Source: Escherichia coli
Lineage (GTDB): Bacteria; Pseudomonadota; Gammaproteobacteria; Enterobacterales; Enterobacteriaceae
DNA: 64,000 nt
Assembly: GCF_024223415.1 (NCBI RefSeq)
Contig: NZ_CP100500.1
Strand: one strand, 5' to 3'
The notes beneath the pieces were generated by a model. The model was not told the DNA's origin. It saw nothing but the letters and a program-made list of their open reading frames with translations, and searched no databases. The position numbers were made by a program, and so were the translations under genes. Positions 15,670 through 30,517 of this stretch are shown here, one piece after another (the stretch's first letter is position 1; every line of letters begins with the position of its first letter).

Positions 15670-16002
15670 TCAGTTATCAGGCATTCTGGCCGGTGGAATA
15701 ACCGCATTGGTGGCTTGCGCGTTGGCTTCGCTTTTTTCAACGCGCGAGCGCACCGAGCTGTCTTTGCGGAACACATCCCACGGCAGTAAAAGCGTGTCCA
15801 TCACAGCGGTAAACGGCATATCGAGAATCGCCAGCGACTTAGTGCCCCAGTTGGTTTCATCGTCGCCAATCATGGTGGCGCTGGCGCGGGTGCCGGGATA
15901 CGTTCCTTCTTTCCCCCCGGTATGGGACATCACGCTGGAGCATCCTCCGAGTAATGTCATTCCGCTGCATATCATGAACGCTAACAACACATTTCTTATC
16001 AT
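15670..16002 (-). CDS. yidQ: Putative lipoprotein YidQ (110 aa)
   Basis: Signal peptide and lipobox (LLGGCSS) from MIRNVLLAF; the track ORF extends 25 codons upstream. Confidence 0.75.
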   Translation of the reverse strand: MIRNVLLAFMICSGMTLLGGCSSVMSHTGGKEGTYPGTRASATMIGDDETNWGTKSLAILDMPFTAVMDTLLLPWDVFRKDSSVRSRVEKSEANAQATNAVIPPARMPDN

Positions 16003-16176
16003 AATAAATTCATCTGTTGATCGTGGGTGTTGGCCTGATGAGTTATAGCGATCCCTTGCTGAAAATAACATCATCATTACGTCGCACTGTGGCGGCTATC
16101 GCACTTTAACGTTTCGTGCTGCCCCCTCAGTCTATGCAATAGACCATAAACTGCAAAAAAAAGTCCGCTGATAAGG

Positions 16177-16210
16177 CTTGAAAAGTTCATTTCCAGACCC
16201 ATTTTTACAT
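16177..16210 (+). promoter_or_regulatory. Sigma32 (heat-shock) promoter of ibpAB
   Basis: CTTGAAA (-35-like) at 16177-16183, 13-14 nt spacer, then CCCATTTTT (-10-like), matching the sigma32 consensus about 100 nt upstream of ibpA. Confidence 0.7.
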
Positions 16211-16307
16211 CGTAGCCGATGAGGACGCGCCTGATGGGTGTTCTGGCTACCTGACCTGTCCATTGTGGAAGGTCTTACATTCTCGCTGATTTCAGGAGCT
16301 ATTGATT

Positions 16308-16721
16308 ATGCGTAACTTTGATTTATCCCCGCTTTACCGTTCTGCTATTGGATTTGACCGTTTGTTTAACCACTTAGAAAACAACCAGAGCCAGAGTAAT
16401 GGCGGCTACCCTCCGTATAACGTTGAACTGGTAGACGAAAACCATTACCGCATTGCTATCGCTGTGGCTGGTTTTGCTGAGAGCGAACTGGAAATTACCG
16501 CCCAGGATAATCTGCTGGTGGTGAAAGGTGCTCATGCCGACGAACAAAAAGAGCGCACCTATCTGTACCAGGGCATCGCTGAACGCAACTTTGAACGCAA
16601 ATTCCAGTTAGCTGAGAACATTCATGTTCGTGGTGCTAACCTGGTAAATGGTTTGCTGTATATCGATCTCGAACGCGTGATTCCGGAAGCGAAAAAACCG
16701 CGCCGTATCGAAATCAACTAA
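16308..16721 (+). CDS. ibpA: Small heat shock protein IbpA (137 aa)
   Basis: Alpha-crystallin-domain translation [21 protein letters not shown]...; paralog pair with ibpB. Confidence 0.95.
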
Positions 16722-16832
16722 TTCCCTAAGGCCGCCTGGCGCGGCCTGACATCTCCATGCTCGCCGTCAGGGAGCATATGCGAATCTTCGGATTTGCAGG
16801 TACTTACTCGCTTCTTAGAAGGAGAAATGACT

Positions 16833-17261
16833 ATGCGTAACTTCGATTTATCCCCACTGATGCGTCAATGGATCGGTTTTGACAAACTGGCCAACGCACT
16901 GCAAAACGCCGGTGAAAGCCAGAGCTTCCCGCCGTACAACATTGAGAAAAGCGACGATAACCACTACCGCATTACCCTTGCGCTGGCAGGTTTCCGTCAG
17001 GAAGATTTAGAGATTCAACTGGAAGGTACGCGCCTGAGCGTAAAAGGCACGCCGGAGCAGCCAAAAGAAGAGAAAAAATGGCTGCATCAAGGGCTTATGA
17101 ATCAGCCATTTAGCCTGAGCTTTACGCTGGCTGAAAATATGGAAGTCTCTGGCGCAACTTTCGTAAACGGTTTACTGCATATTGATTTAATTCGTAATGA
17201 GCCTGAACCCATCGCAGCGCAGCGTATCGCTATCAGCGAACGTCCCGCGTTAAATAGCTAA
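16833..17261 (+). CDS. ibpB: Small heat shock protein IbpB (142 aa)
   Basis: Translation [24 protein letters not shown]... is a clear paralog of ibpA. Confidence 0.95.
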
Positions 17262-17277
17262 CTAGCTATTCTCTTTG

Positions 17278-17305
17278 CCCCGCCATTCTGGTGGGGCTTT
17301 TTTTG
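17278..17305 (+). terminator. Rho-independent terminator after ibpB
   Basis: gccccgccattctggtggggc hairpin followed by a T7 run. Confidence 0.7.
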
Positions 17306-17456
17306 TCTTTCTTCTTCAACAATGCGTTAAATTTCGACTGTTTAAGATATTTCGGCACGTTCTTTCCCGTGATAATGTGCGCTATAAGGCAAATCTGCTT
17401 CACCGATTCAGCCATAATCCGTAGCAATTAAAATGTTATCTCAAGAGAAATGGACG

Positions 17457-19118
17457 ATGAGTGATATAGCATTAACGGTCAGTATTCTGGCTTTGGTGGC
17501 AGTCGTCGGTTTGTTTATCGGCAACGTCAAATTTCGCGGCATAGGATTAGGTATTGGCGGCGTGCTGTTTGGTGGGATCATCGTCGGCCATTTTGTTTCT
17601 CAGGCGGGGATGACATTAAGTAGCGATATGCTGCATGTTATTCAGGAATTTGGCCTGATCCTGTTCGTTTATACTATCGGGATTCAGGTAGGGCCGGGCT
17701 TCTTTGCCTCATTGCGCGTCTCCGGATTACGCCTCAACCTGTTTGCTGTTCTGATCGTCATCATCGGTGGTCTGGTTACCGCCATCCTGCATAAACTGTT
17801 TGATATTCCACTGCCGGTAGTGCTGGGGATTTTCTCCGGTGCGGTAACCAATACGCCAGCGCTGGGGGCAGGGCAGCAGATCTTGCGCGACCTGGGTACA
17901 CCAATGGAAATGGTCGATCAGATGGGGATGAGTTACGCGATGGCGTATCCATTCGGCATTTGCGGGATATTGTTCACCATGTGGATGTTGCGGGTTATTT
18001 TCCGCGTCAATGTCGAGACAGAAGCCCAGCAGCACGAGTCTTCACGCACCAATGGCGGCGCGCTGATCAGGACTATCAATATTCGCGTTGAGAACCCTAA
18101 CCTGCATGATTTAGCCATTAAAGATGTACCGATTCTCAACGGCGACAAAATTATCTGCTCGCGTCTGAAACGCGAAGAAACCCTAAAAGTACCTTCGCCA
18201 GATACCATTATACAACTGGGCGATTTGCTGCATCTGGTGGGGCAGCCAGCGGATTTACATAATGCGCAACTGGTGATTGGTCAGGAGGTCGATACTTCGC
18301 TGTCCACGAAAGGCACTGATTTGCGCGTCGAGCGTGTGGTGGTCACCAATGAAAACGTGCTCGGAAAACGTATTCGCGACCTGCACTTTAAAGAACGCTA
18401 TGACGTTGTTATCTCGCGCCTGAACCGTGCCGGGGTCGAACTGGTCGCCAGTGGCGATATCAGCCTGCAGTTCGGCGATATCCTCAATCTGGTGGGGCGT
18501 CCGTCCGCAATTGATGCCGTTGCCAATGTGCTGGGGAATGCGCAGCAAAAACTGCAACAGGTTCAGATGCTGCCAGTGTTTATTGGCATCGGGCTTGGCG
18601 TATTGTTAGGTTCTATTCCCGTCTTTGTGCCTGGGTTCCCGGCCGCGTTGAAACTGGGGCTGGCGGGCGGTCCGCTGATTATGGCGTTGATCCTCGGGCG
18701 TATCGGCAGTATCGGCAAGCTGTACTGGTTTATGCCTCCAAGTGCCAACCTCGCGCTGCGGGAGCTGGGGATCGTGCTGTTCCTCTCGGTCGTTGGTCTG
18801 AAATCTGGTGGGGATTTTGTAAATACCCTGGTCAATGGCGAAGGGCTAAGCTGGATTTGTTATGGTGCCCTGATCACCGCCGTTCCGCTGATTACTGTTG
18901 GCATTCTGGCGCGGATGTTAGCCAAAATGAATTACCTGACCATGTGCGGGATGCTGGCAGGTTCCATGACCGATCCTCCGGCGCTGGCGTTTGCTAATAA
19001 TCTTCATCCAACCAGCGGTGCGGCGGCGCTCTCTTACGCCACTGTCTATCCGTTAGTGATGTTCCTGCGCATTATCACCCCCCAATTACTGGCGGTGCTC
19101 TTCTGGAGTATCGGTTAA
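17457..19118 (+). CDS. yidE: Putative transporter YidE (AAE family, 553 aa)
   Basis: Duplicated membrane domains flanking central TrkA_C-like region; start placed at MSDIALTV. Confidence 0.8.
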   Translation: MSDIALTVSILALVAVVGLFIGNVKFRGIGLGIGGVLFGGIIVGHFVSQAGMTLSSDMLHVIQEFGLILFVYTIGIQVGPGFFASLRVSGLRLNLFAVLIVIIGGLVTAILHKLFDIPLPVVLGIFSGAVTNTPALGAGQQILRDLGTPMEMVDQMGMSYAMAYPFGICGILFTMWMLRVIFRVNVETEAQQHESSRTNGGALIRTINIRVENPNLHDLAIKDVPILNGDKIICSRLKREETLKVPSPDTIIQLGDLLHLVGQPADLHNAQLVIGQEVDTSLSTKGTDLRVERVVVTNENVLGKRIRDLHFKERYDVVISRLNRAGVELVASGDISLQFGDILNLVGRPSAIDAVANVLGNAQQKLQQVQMLPVFIGIGLGVLLGSIPVFVPGFPAALKLGLAGGPLIMALILGRIGSIGKLYWFMPPSANLALRELGIVLFLSVVGLKSGGDFVNTLVNGEGLSWICYGALITAVPLITVGILARMLAKMNYLTMCGMLAGSMTDPPALAFANNLHPTSGAAALSYATVYPLVMFLRIITPQLLAVLFWSIG

Positions 19119-19752
19119 CTCTTTTCCGGGTGGAGTCGCCGTAAATGGTACTCCACCTGGTATTCGCTGGCATTTCTGAACATCACTGAATAATTCAAAA
19201 ACTCCCCGCTCTCGCTATATGACAACGAGGTGATCCGCAGCAGTGGCGTGTGTTCCGCTACCTTCATTTGCCGCGCCAGCAGTCTATCGGCGAGCACTGG
19301 CGTCAGGCTTTCATAATTACCGACAATCAAAATCCCGCACTCTTGTTCAATATATTCAAACTTCGACCCTTCCAGATGTTGCAGCGAAAGATTACGGAAC
19401 AGTTTTACCGGCATATAGCTGTCTTCCAGCATCAGCGGTTTCCCTTCCACAAAACGAACGCGACGGGAGAAGTAGATCTGCTCGTTGATTTGAATCCGTA
19501 ACTGGCTGGCAATGGCCGGAGGCGCAGGCATGATTTCAAAAATCAGCACCTGGCTGGTGACCGTTTTTCCCTGCCGTGGCGGCGGACCACCAACCCCCAC
19601 GCTACCAGCAGGTCAATGGCTTTACGGATGGTCATCCGCGATACCGCAAATTCTTCCGCCAACTTTTTTTCACCGGGAAGAAGGCTGTTTAGCGTGAAAT
19701 CTGCGGAATTAAGTCGAATTCTTAACCGCTCCGCAATGCTTTTGTAGATCAT
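19115..19752 (-). pseudogene. yidP: GntR/HutC-family transcriptional regulator YidP, disrupted by frameshift/internal deletion
   Basis: The N-terminal wHTH (MIYKSIAERL...VVRRHG, stops at 19543) and the C-terminal UTRA-like domain (19115..19600) lie in different frames; the 638-nt span is not a multiple of 3. Confidence 0.7.
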
Positions 19753-20047
19753 CTCTAGATCTCTTTTTTGCCTGCAAGCCCGGGTAATGCGCCCACAAGT
19801 TCTGCTTAATCGATTGAAAAAACATCTTATTTTTAAAGATGTGTTCGATGCTGTGTACCTGTGCTCACAGAGGTCTACTTTTTCGCGAAAACGTAGATCT
19901 CTACCGCCCAACGAAAAGCATGAAAGCGATCACGAATCCCATTGGGTCGTCATGTTCTGCCGATCGCATCTTCCTATCCTCGCTCCAGGCCTGCCGCATA
20001 ACCAATCAGGCTTCCTACTTACAGAATTGAGAAAAGAGGATGTGGAA

Positions 20048-23876
<3,829 letters not shown>

Positions 23877-24042
23877 TTTAATATCCCTCCGGCGAATTAT
23901 GCTCACAACCTGAACTTAACAGAAAACAATCCGTTCAGGGATACGACGTTTGTATTTTAAGAATCTGACTGCCTGACCCGACGCATTTTACCTCTCCCTA
24001 TATTCATGCGTCCGGGACATAAACATAAATAAGGGCTATGAG

Positions 24043-25758
24043 ATGAATTCGTTACAAATCTTGAGTTTTGTCGGTTTTACGCTGCTGGTGGCGGTGATCA
24101 CCTGGTGGAAGGTCCGCAAAACAGATACCGGATCGCAACAAGGCTATTTTCTTGCCGGACGTTCACTAAAAGCGCCGGTTATTGCCGCTTCGTTAATGCT
24201 AACCAACCTTTCCACGGAACAACTGGTCGGCCTTTCCGGGCAGGCCTACAAAAGCGGCATGTCGGTGATGGGCTGGGAAGTGACTTCAGCGGTGACGCTG
24301 ATCTTCCTCGCGCTAATCTTTTTACCGCGCTATCTGAAGCGCGGCATTGCCACCATCCCCGATTTTCTGGAGGAACGTTATGATAAAACGACGCGTATTA
24401 TCATCGACTTCTGCTTCCTAATTGCCACCGGCGTCTGCTTTCTGCCGATTGTTCTCTACTCCGGCGCGTTGGCGCTCAACAGCCTGTTTCACGTCGGGGA
24501 ATCGCTACAGATTTCTCACGGTGCGGCTATCTGGCTACTGGTAATTTTGCTTGGTCTGGCGGGAATTTTGTATGCGGTGATCGGCGGACTGCGCGCAATG
24601 GCAGTGGCGGACTCCATCAACGGTATTGGGCTGGTTATCGGCGGGTTGATGGTGCCGGTATTTGGCCTGATCGCGATGGGCAAGGGCAGCTTTATGCAGG
24701 GCATTGAGCAACTCACCACCGTTCACGCCGAGAAATTAAACTCAATCGGTGGCCCGACCGATCCCTTGCCGATTGGCGCGGCATTTACCGGTTTGATTCT
24801 GGTGAACACCTTTTACTGGTGTACAAATCAGGGCATCGTGCAACGCACGCTGGCGTCAAAAAGCCTGGCGGAAGGGCAAAAGGGGGCGCTGTTAACGGCG
24901 GTGCTGAAAATGCTCGACCCGCTGGTACTGGTGCTGCCAGGGTTGATTGCGTTTCATCTGTATCAGGATTTACCGAAAGCCGACATGGCCTACCCGACGC
25001 TGGTCAATAACGTTCTGCCAGTGCCAATGGTGGGTTTCTTCGGCGCGGTGTTATTTGGTGCGGTGATCAGTACCTTCAACGGCTTTCTGAATAGCGCCAG
25101 TACGTTATTCAGTATGGGTATTTACCGTCGCATCATTAACCAGAATGCCGAGCCGCAGCAGCTGGTCACCGTCGGGCGCAAATTTGGTTTCTTTATCGCT
25201 ATCGTTTCGGTGCTGGTCGCGCCGTGGATCGCCAACGCGCCGCAGGGGCTGTATAGCTGGATGAAACAGCTCAACGGCATTTACAACGTGCCGCTGGTTA
25301 CCATCATCATTATGGGCTTTTTCTTCCCGCGCATCCCGGCGCTGGCGGCAAAAGTAGCGATGGGGATTGGCATAATCAGCTACATCACCATCAACTATCT
25401 GGTGAAGTTCGACTTCCATTTCCTCTATGTGCTGGCCTGTACGTTCTGCATCAACGTGGTCGTGATGCTGGTGATCGGTTTTATCAAACCGCGCGCCACG
25501 CCGTTCACCTTCAAAGATGCGTTTGCGGTGGACATGAAACCGTGGAAAAACGTCAAGATCGCGTCAATTGGCATCCTGTTCGCGATGATTGGCGTCTATG
25601 CCGGGCTGGCTGAATTCGGCGGCTACGGTACGCGCTGGTTAGCGATGATCAGTTATTTCATTGCCGCCGTAGTGATTGTCTACCTGATTTTTGACAGCTG
25701 GCGGCATCGTCACGAACCAGCCGTAACCTTTACTCCCGACGGGAAGGATAGCCTATGA
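24043..25758 (+). CDS. yidK: Sodium:solute symporter family transporter YidK (571 aa)
   Basis: Multi-TM SSS-family translation; upstream of yidJ with overlapping stop/start. Confidence 0.85.
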   Translation: MNSLQILSFVGFTLLVAVITWWKVRKTDTGSQQGYFLAGRSLKAPVIAASLMLTNLSTEQLVGLSGQAYKSGMSVMGWEVTSAVTLIFLALIFLPRYLKRGIATIPDFLEERYDKTTRIIIDFCFLIATGVCFLPIVLYSGALALNSLFHVGESLQISHGAAIWLLVILLGLAGILYAVIGGLRAMAVADSINGIGLVIGGLMVPVFGLIAMGKGSFMQGIEQLTTVHAEKLNSIGGPTDPLPIGAAFTGLILVNTFYWCTNQGIVQRTLASKSLAEGQKGALLTAVLKMLDPLVLVLPGLIAFHLYQDLPKADMAYPTLVNNVLPVPMVGFFGAVLFGAVISTFNGFLNSASTLFSMGIYRRIINQNAEPQQLVTVGRKFGFFIAIVSVLVAPWIANAPQGLYSWMKQLNGIYNVPLVTIIIMGFFFPRIPALAAKVAMGIGIISYITINYLVKFDFHFLYVLACTFCINVVVMLVIGFIKPRATPFTFKDAFAVDMKPWKNVKIASIGILFAMIGVYAGLAEFGGYGTRWLAMISYFIAAVVIVYLIFDSWRHRHEPAVTFTPDGKDSL

Positions 25759-27248
25759 AACGCCCCAATTTTCTGTTCGTCATGACCGATACCCAGGCCA
25801 CCAATATGGTCGGTTGCTATAGCGGTAAACCGCTGAATACGCAAAATATTGATAGTCTGGCGGCGGAAGGTATTCGCTTTAATTCCGCCTACACCTGTTC
25901 ACCGGTTTGTACGCCTGCACGGGCCGGACTATTTACCGGTATCTACGCTAACCAGTCCGGCCCGTGGACCAACAACGTCGCGCCAGGCAAAAACATCTCC
26001 ACTATGGGGCGCTACTTTAAGGATGCCGGCTATCACACCTGTTACATCGGCAAATGGCATCTCGACGGTCATGACTATTTCGGCACTGGCGAGTGTCCGC
26101 CGGAGTGGGACGCTGATTACTGGTTCGATGGGGCGAACTATCTTAGCGAACTGACGGAAAAAGAGATTAGCCTGTGGCGCAATGGCCTAAACAGCGTCGA
26201 AGATTTACAGGCGAACCATATCGACGAAACCTTCACCTGGGCGCATCGTATCAGCAATCGGGCGGTGGATTTTCTGCAACAGCCTGCGCGCGCAGACGAG
26301 CCTTTCCTGATGGTGGTTTCGTATGATGAGCCGCATCACCCGTTCACCTGTCCGGTGGAGTATTTAGAGAAATACGCTGATTTTTACTACGAGCTGGGCG
26401 AGAAAGCACAGGATGACTTGGCTAACAAACCGGAACATCACCGCTTATGGGCGCAGGCGATGCCATCGCCAGTCGGTGATGACGGGCTTTATCACCATCC
26501 GCTCTATTTTGCCTGTAATGACTTTGTTGATGACCAAATCGGACGGGTCATCAATGCCTTAACGCCAGAGCAACGTGAAAATACGTGGGTTATTTATACC
26601 TCCGATCACGGCGAAATGATGGGCGCACATAAGCTGATCAGTAAAGGGGCGGCGATGTATGACGACATCACCCGCATTCCGCTGATCATCCGTTCGCCGC
26701 AAGGGGAGCGGCGACAGGTCGATACGCCAGTCAGTCATATCGATTTACTGCCGACAATGATGGCGCTGGCAGATATTGAAAAACCAGAGATTCTGCCGGG
26801 GGAAAATATCCTTGCCGTGAAAGAGCCACGCGGCGTGATGGTGGAATTTAACCGCTACGAGATTGAGCATGACAGCTTTGGCGGTTTTATTCCGGTGCGT
26901 TGCTGGGTGACGGATGACTTTAAACTGGTACTCAACCTCTTCACCAGTGATGAACTTTACGATCGCCGTAATGACCCAAATGAAATGCATAACCTGATCG
27001 ATGATATCCGTTTTGCAGACGTTCGCAGCAAAATGCATGACGCCTTATTGGATTACATGGACAAAATTCGCGATCCGTTCCGCAGTTACCAATGGAGTCT
27101 GCGTCCGTGGCGTAAAGATGCACGGCCGCGCTGGATGGGGGCGTTTCGTCCACGTCCACAAGATGGCTATTCGCCAGTTGTACGCGACTATGACACCGGC
27201 CTACCGACACAAGGGGTGAAGGTGGAGGAGAAAAAACAGAAGTTCTGA
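25755..27248 (+). CDS. yidJ: Putative sulfatase YidJ (497 aa)
   Basis: Sulfatase signature at the N-terminus (CSPVCTPARAGLFTG, the Cys to formylglycine motif). Confidence 0.85.
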   Translation: MKRPNFLFVMTDTQATNMVGCYSGKPLNTQNIDSLAAEGIRFNSAYTCSPVCTPARAGLFTGIYANQSGPWTNNVAPGKNISTMGRYFKDAGYHTCYIGKWHLDGHDYFGTGECPPEWDADYWFDGANYLSELTEKEISLWRNGLNSVEDLQANHIDETFTWAHRISNRAVDFLQQPARADEPFLMVVSYDEPHHPFTCPVEYLEKYADFYYELGEKAQDDLANKPEHHRLWAQAMPSPVGDDGLYHHPLYFACNDFVDDQIGRVINALTPEQRENTWVIYTSDHGEMMGAHKLISKGAAMYDDITRIPLIIRSPQGERRQVDTPVSHIDLLPTMMALADIEKPEILPGENILAVKEPRGVMVEFNRYEIEHDSFGGFIPVRCWVTDDFKLVLNLFTSDELYDRRNDPNEMHNLIDDIRFADVRSKMHDALLDYMDKIRDPFRSYQWSLRPWRKDARPRWMGAFRPRPQDGYSPVVRDYDTGLPTQGVKVEEKKQKF

Positions 27249-27294
27249 CGATAATGCCCGCTGATGATCACCCGGCGGGCATTATTCAGGCTGC

Positions 27295-27744
27295 TTAAAC
27301 CAGTGAACCGCCGGTCAGGAAGGAAAAGATAAGGAATATCAGCAAAATGCTGCACACGATGCCGATACCAAAAAGCAAGGTATGGAAAGCCAGCGTCCCG
27401 CCGCCAAAAACCAGCGCGCCGCGAATGCCCCAGCGATTTTCCTTACGCATACCGCCAATAAATGCGCAAAGTAGCGCAGCAATGGCCAGTGCGATACCGC
27501 TTTGATTGAGGATTTTATCGACATCTACGTCCTCTTTTTTCTCCACGGTGGTAATTTTTTCGCCTTTTATTCCGGCGAGAAGACCTCTTTTAATTTCAGC
27601 CGTTTTGTCCGCCACGATGCTTTCAAACGTTGGCGGTGGTGCGGAGAAAGGGCCGAATGAAAAGTGGATAATCCCCATCATTAAAGCGATGGCACCGAAC
27701 AGCATGCCCAATGAACTGATTTTATTTTGAGCTATGATACCCAT
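27295..27744 (-). CDS. yidI: Inner membrane protein YidI (149 aa)
   Basis: Small hydrophobic ORF at the conserved position. Confidence 0.75.
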   Translation of the reverse strand: MGIIAQNKISSLGMLFGAIALMMGIIHFSFGPFSAPPPTFESIVADKTAEIKRGLLAGIKGEKITTVEKKEDVDVDKILNQSGIALAIAALLCAFIGGMRKENRWGIRGALVFGGGTLAFHTLLFGIGIVCSILLIFLIFSFLTGGSLV

Positions 27745-27852
27745 CTGACCTCCTTGTAGCGGATGGCAAAAGCATATCAGGAAACGGGCGGACGAAATTC
27801 TTAAAAAAAACCGCTAAAGATAGAGCGTTAGTGAAATTGCAAAGGAGCAACA

Positions 27853-28200
27853 ATGAATATTTCCCGCCTTGGAGAAGCGCCCGATTACCGCTTCTCGCTG
27901 GCTAATGAGCGTACTTTTCTGGCGTGGATCCGTACCGCACTAGGATTTCTGGCGGCGGGGGTTGGGCTTGATCAACTTGCGCCAGATTTCGCCACGCCCG
28001 TCATTCGTGAACTGCTGGCGTTGTTGTTGTGTCTGTTTTCCGGCGGGTTAGCAATGTATGGCTACCTGCGCTGGTTACGCAATGAAAAAGCGATGCGTCT
28101 GAAAGAGGACCTGCCCTACACCAACAGCTTATTAATCATTAGCTTAATATTGATGGTCGTGGCGGTGATCGTTATGGGACTGGTGTTGTATGCCGGATAG
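27853..28200 (+). CDS. yidH: Inner membrane protein YidH (DUF202, 115 aa)
   Basis: ORF with TM helices; synteny. Confidence 0.75.
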   Translation: MNISRLGEAPDYRFSLANERTFLAWIRTALGFLAAGVGLDQLAPDFATPVIRELLALLLCLFSGGLAMYGYLRWLRNEKAMRLKEDLPYTNSLLIISLILMVVAVIVMGLVLYAG

Positions 28201-28552
28201 CCGCAAAGCCAGACGCATTGCCGACCCAGGACTGCAGCCGGAGCGCACATCACTGGCGTGGTTTCGTACCATGCTGGGCTACGGCGCGTTGATGGCGTTG
28301 GCTATCAAACACAACTGGCACCAGGCGGGCATGTTATTCTGGATTTCGATTGGCATTCTCGCCATCGTGGCGCTGATCCTCTGGCACTACACCCGTAATC
28401 GCAATTTAATGGATGTCACGAATAGCGATTTTTCCCAATTTCACGTAGTCCGTGACAAATTTTTGATCTCCCTCGCGGTGTTATCTCTCGCAATACTGTT
28501 TGCTGTAACGCATATACATCAACTTATCGTATTTATTGAGAGAGTCGCATGA
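28190..28552 (+). CDS. yidG: Inner membrane protein YidG (120 aa)
   Basis: ORF overlapping yidH end; hydrophobic. Confidence 0.75.
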   Translation: MPDSRKARRIADPGLQPERTSLAWFRTMLGYGALMALAIKHNWHQAGMLFWISIGILAIVALILWHYTRNRNLMDVTNSDFSQFHVVRDKFLISLAVLSLAILFAVTHIHQLIVFIERVA

Positions 28553-29046
28553 CAGGAAGTCAGGTCATTGATGCTGAAGAGGACAGGCATAAACTGGTTG
28601 TAGAGTACAAGGATGCTCTGCAACCTGCCGATTTTTATCACAATTTCAAACAGCGGGGCATCCGCTCCGTACAGCTCATTCCCTATCTTGAATTTGATGA
28701 CCGGGGCGATCTGACGGCCGCTTCGGTGACAGCAGAGCTGTGGGGGAAATTTTTAATTGCCCTGTTCGAGTGTTGGGTGCGGGCAGATATCAGTCGTATC
28801 TCGATTGAGCTTTTTGACGCCACCTTACAAAAATGGTGTGGCAGCGAAAACCCGCAACCGCGCCGTGACTGCCAGGCGTGCGACTGGCATCGCCTGTGCC
28901 CGCACGCTCGGCAGGAGACGCCAGACAGCGTGCTTTGTGCGGGCTATCAGGCGTTTTATTCTTACTCCGCACCGCATATGCGGGTGATGCGTGATCTGAT
29001 AAAGCAGCATCGTTCTCCCATGGAGCTGATGACGATGCTGCGGTGA
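28549..29046 (+). CDS. yidF: Uncharacterized Cys-rich protein YidF (165 aa)
   Basis: ORF overlapping yidG end; multiple Cys (CQACDWHRLCPH). Confidence 0.75.
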   Translation: MTGSQVIDAEEDRHKLVVEYKDALQPADFYHNFKQRGIRSVQLIPYLEFDDRGDLTAASVTAELWGKFLIALFECWVRADISRISIELFDATLQKWCGSENPQPRRDCQACDWHRLCPHARQETPDSVLCAGYQAFYSYSAPHMRVMRDLIKQHRSPMELMTMLR

Positions 29047-29053
29047 CGTGCGC

Positions 29054-30238
29054 TTAAACGGGCTGCCCCTGATGCGACATCCGCGTCGCCAGCGGCAGCC
29101 AGCACAGCACGATCAACAATCCCATTAAGGTCATCAATAACCCCAGGCTACCCTGACCGGTTTGCGGCAACATCGCAGAGAGCGACGCCAGCACGCCGGA
29201 ACCAATGTTTTGCAGACCGCCGACCAGCGCGCCAGCCGTGCCCGCCAGGAAGGGGAACGGCTCCATCGCGCCGCTGGTCGCCAGCGGAAACAGCATCCCG
29301 GCACCGAAAAAGAACAGCGCGGCGGGAACGAGCAGCGTCCAGACATTCATCACGCCAAACCAGTCGGGGATCCACATCAGCAAGCCAGCCAGCAGGCAGC
29401 AGATAACCGACTGCCACATTAACGTGGAGAAGCGTTTATTGGAACGTCCGGCAAACCATGCGCCAAAAAACGCTGCCGGAATCGGCAGAATAAACAAAAT
29501 ACTGACCGTCATACTGCTCAGCCCTAACACCGCGCCCATCAGCACGCCGGAGCAGGCTTCAAAGGCGGCAATCCCGGCCAGACCGCCAATCAGCATCAGC
29601 AAATAACAGTTAAAACCGCTGTTACCGAAAAGCGTTTTATAACTGGTAAGCAGGCGCGTGCGCGGTGCATCGACCGGACGCGTTTCCGGCATCCAGCGGG
29701 CCATACTGAAGGTCACACCAGCACAAAGAACCAACAAAAAGAGATAACAGGCGCGCCAGTTCCACATCGTATCCAGCAGACCGCCGATTAGCGGTGCGAG
29801 CAACGGACTGACGAGAATCCCCATGTTTAACAGGCTGTTAGCATGGCGCAACTGTGTCCGTTCATATAAATCTCGCGGTAAAGTACGCGCCATTACGCCG
29901 CCAACGCCGGTGCCCATCCCCTGCATCGCGCTGGCGGCAATCAACACCGTCAAACTGGAGGTCGTGACCGCGACCAGCGTTGCCAGCATAAAAATGGACA
30001 TTCCGACGAGGATCACCGGTCGGCGGCCCACGCGGTCGGAAATCGGGCCATAAAACAGCTGTGAGACACCGTAAGTCAGCAGATAAGCGCCCATTACGCT
30101 CTGCACCGCCCCTTCACGGACGTTGAGATCGCGCGCCATATCGGCAATAGCTGGAATATAAATGGTTTGCGCCATCTGACCGACGGCCACGAGTAATACC
30201 AACATCAATAACAAATTGACGTTTCTTTGCCTTTTCAT
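29054..30238 (-). CDS. emrD: Multidrug efflux MFS transporter EmrD (394 aa)
   Basis: 12-TM MFS translation from MKRQRNVNLLLMLVLLVAVGQMAQ... Confidence 0.9.
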   Translation of the reverse strand: MKRQRNVNLLLMLVLLVAVGQMAQTIYIPAIADMARDLNVREGAVQSVMGAYLLTYGVSQLFYGPISDRVGRRPVILVGMSIFMLATLVAVTTSSLTVLIAASAMQGMGTGVGGVMARTLPRDLYERTQLRHANSLLNMGILVSPLLAPLIGGLLDTMWNWRACYLFLLVLCAGVTFSMARWMPETRPVDAPRTRLLTSYKTLFGNSGFNCYLLMLIGGLAGIAAFEACSGVLMGAVLGLSSMTVSILFILPIPAAFFGAWFAGRSNKRFSTLMWQSVICCLLAGLLMWIPDWFGVMNVWTLLVPAALFFFGAGMLFPLATSGAMEPFPFLAGTAGALVGGLQNIGSGVLASLSAMLPQTGQGSLGLLMTLMGLLIVLCWLPLATRMSHQGQPV

Positions 30239-30415
30239 TATCACGGATGCTTTTATAAAAATAATTAGAATAAGTCACTACGTATTCCCATAAATGCGGG
30301 AGAGGAATCTATCACATTGATGAATGTTAGCCAGATATACGCCAGGAATGGGGAATTGTTTAGCGGCAGAATATGTAAACAAAAGCGGCAATAAATGTTG
30401 CCGGGAGAGATGGTA

Positions 30416-30451
30416 GGGCGGATAAGATGCGTCAGCATCGCATCCGACACC
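30416..30451. repeat. REP-like palindromic element
   Basis: gggcggataagatgcgtcagcatcgcatccgacacc resembles the REP consensus. Confidence 0.5.
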
Positions 30452-30473
30452 AACCCGCACGCTAAATATAAAA

Positions 30474-30497
30474 GGGGAGCGGTTTCCCGCTCCCCTT
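30474..30497 (-). terminator. Rho-independent terminator downstream of tisB
   Basis: ggggagcgg-tttc-ccgctcccc hairpin flanked by A-run (plus) and T-run (minus). Confidence 0.65.
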
Positions 30498-30517
30498 TGG
30501 TGCGACTTGAATCTGAA

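Noticed and set aside
19787-20047. N-terminal 87-codon extension of the glvC ORF
   Set aside because: The upstream extension lacks an RBS and reads through the divergent promoter region; the ATG at 20048 has an AGGA RBS and starts the conserved PTS sequence.
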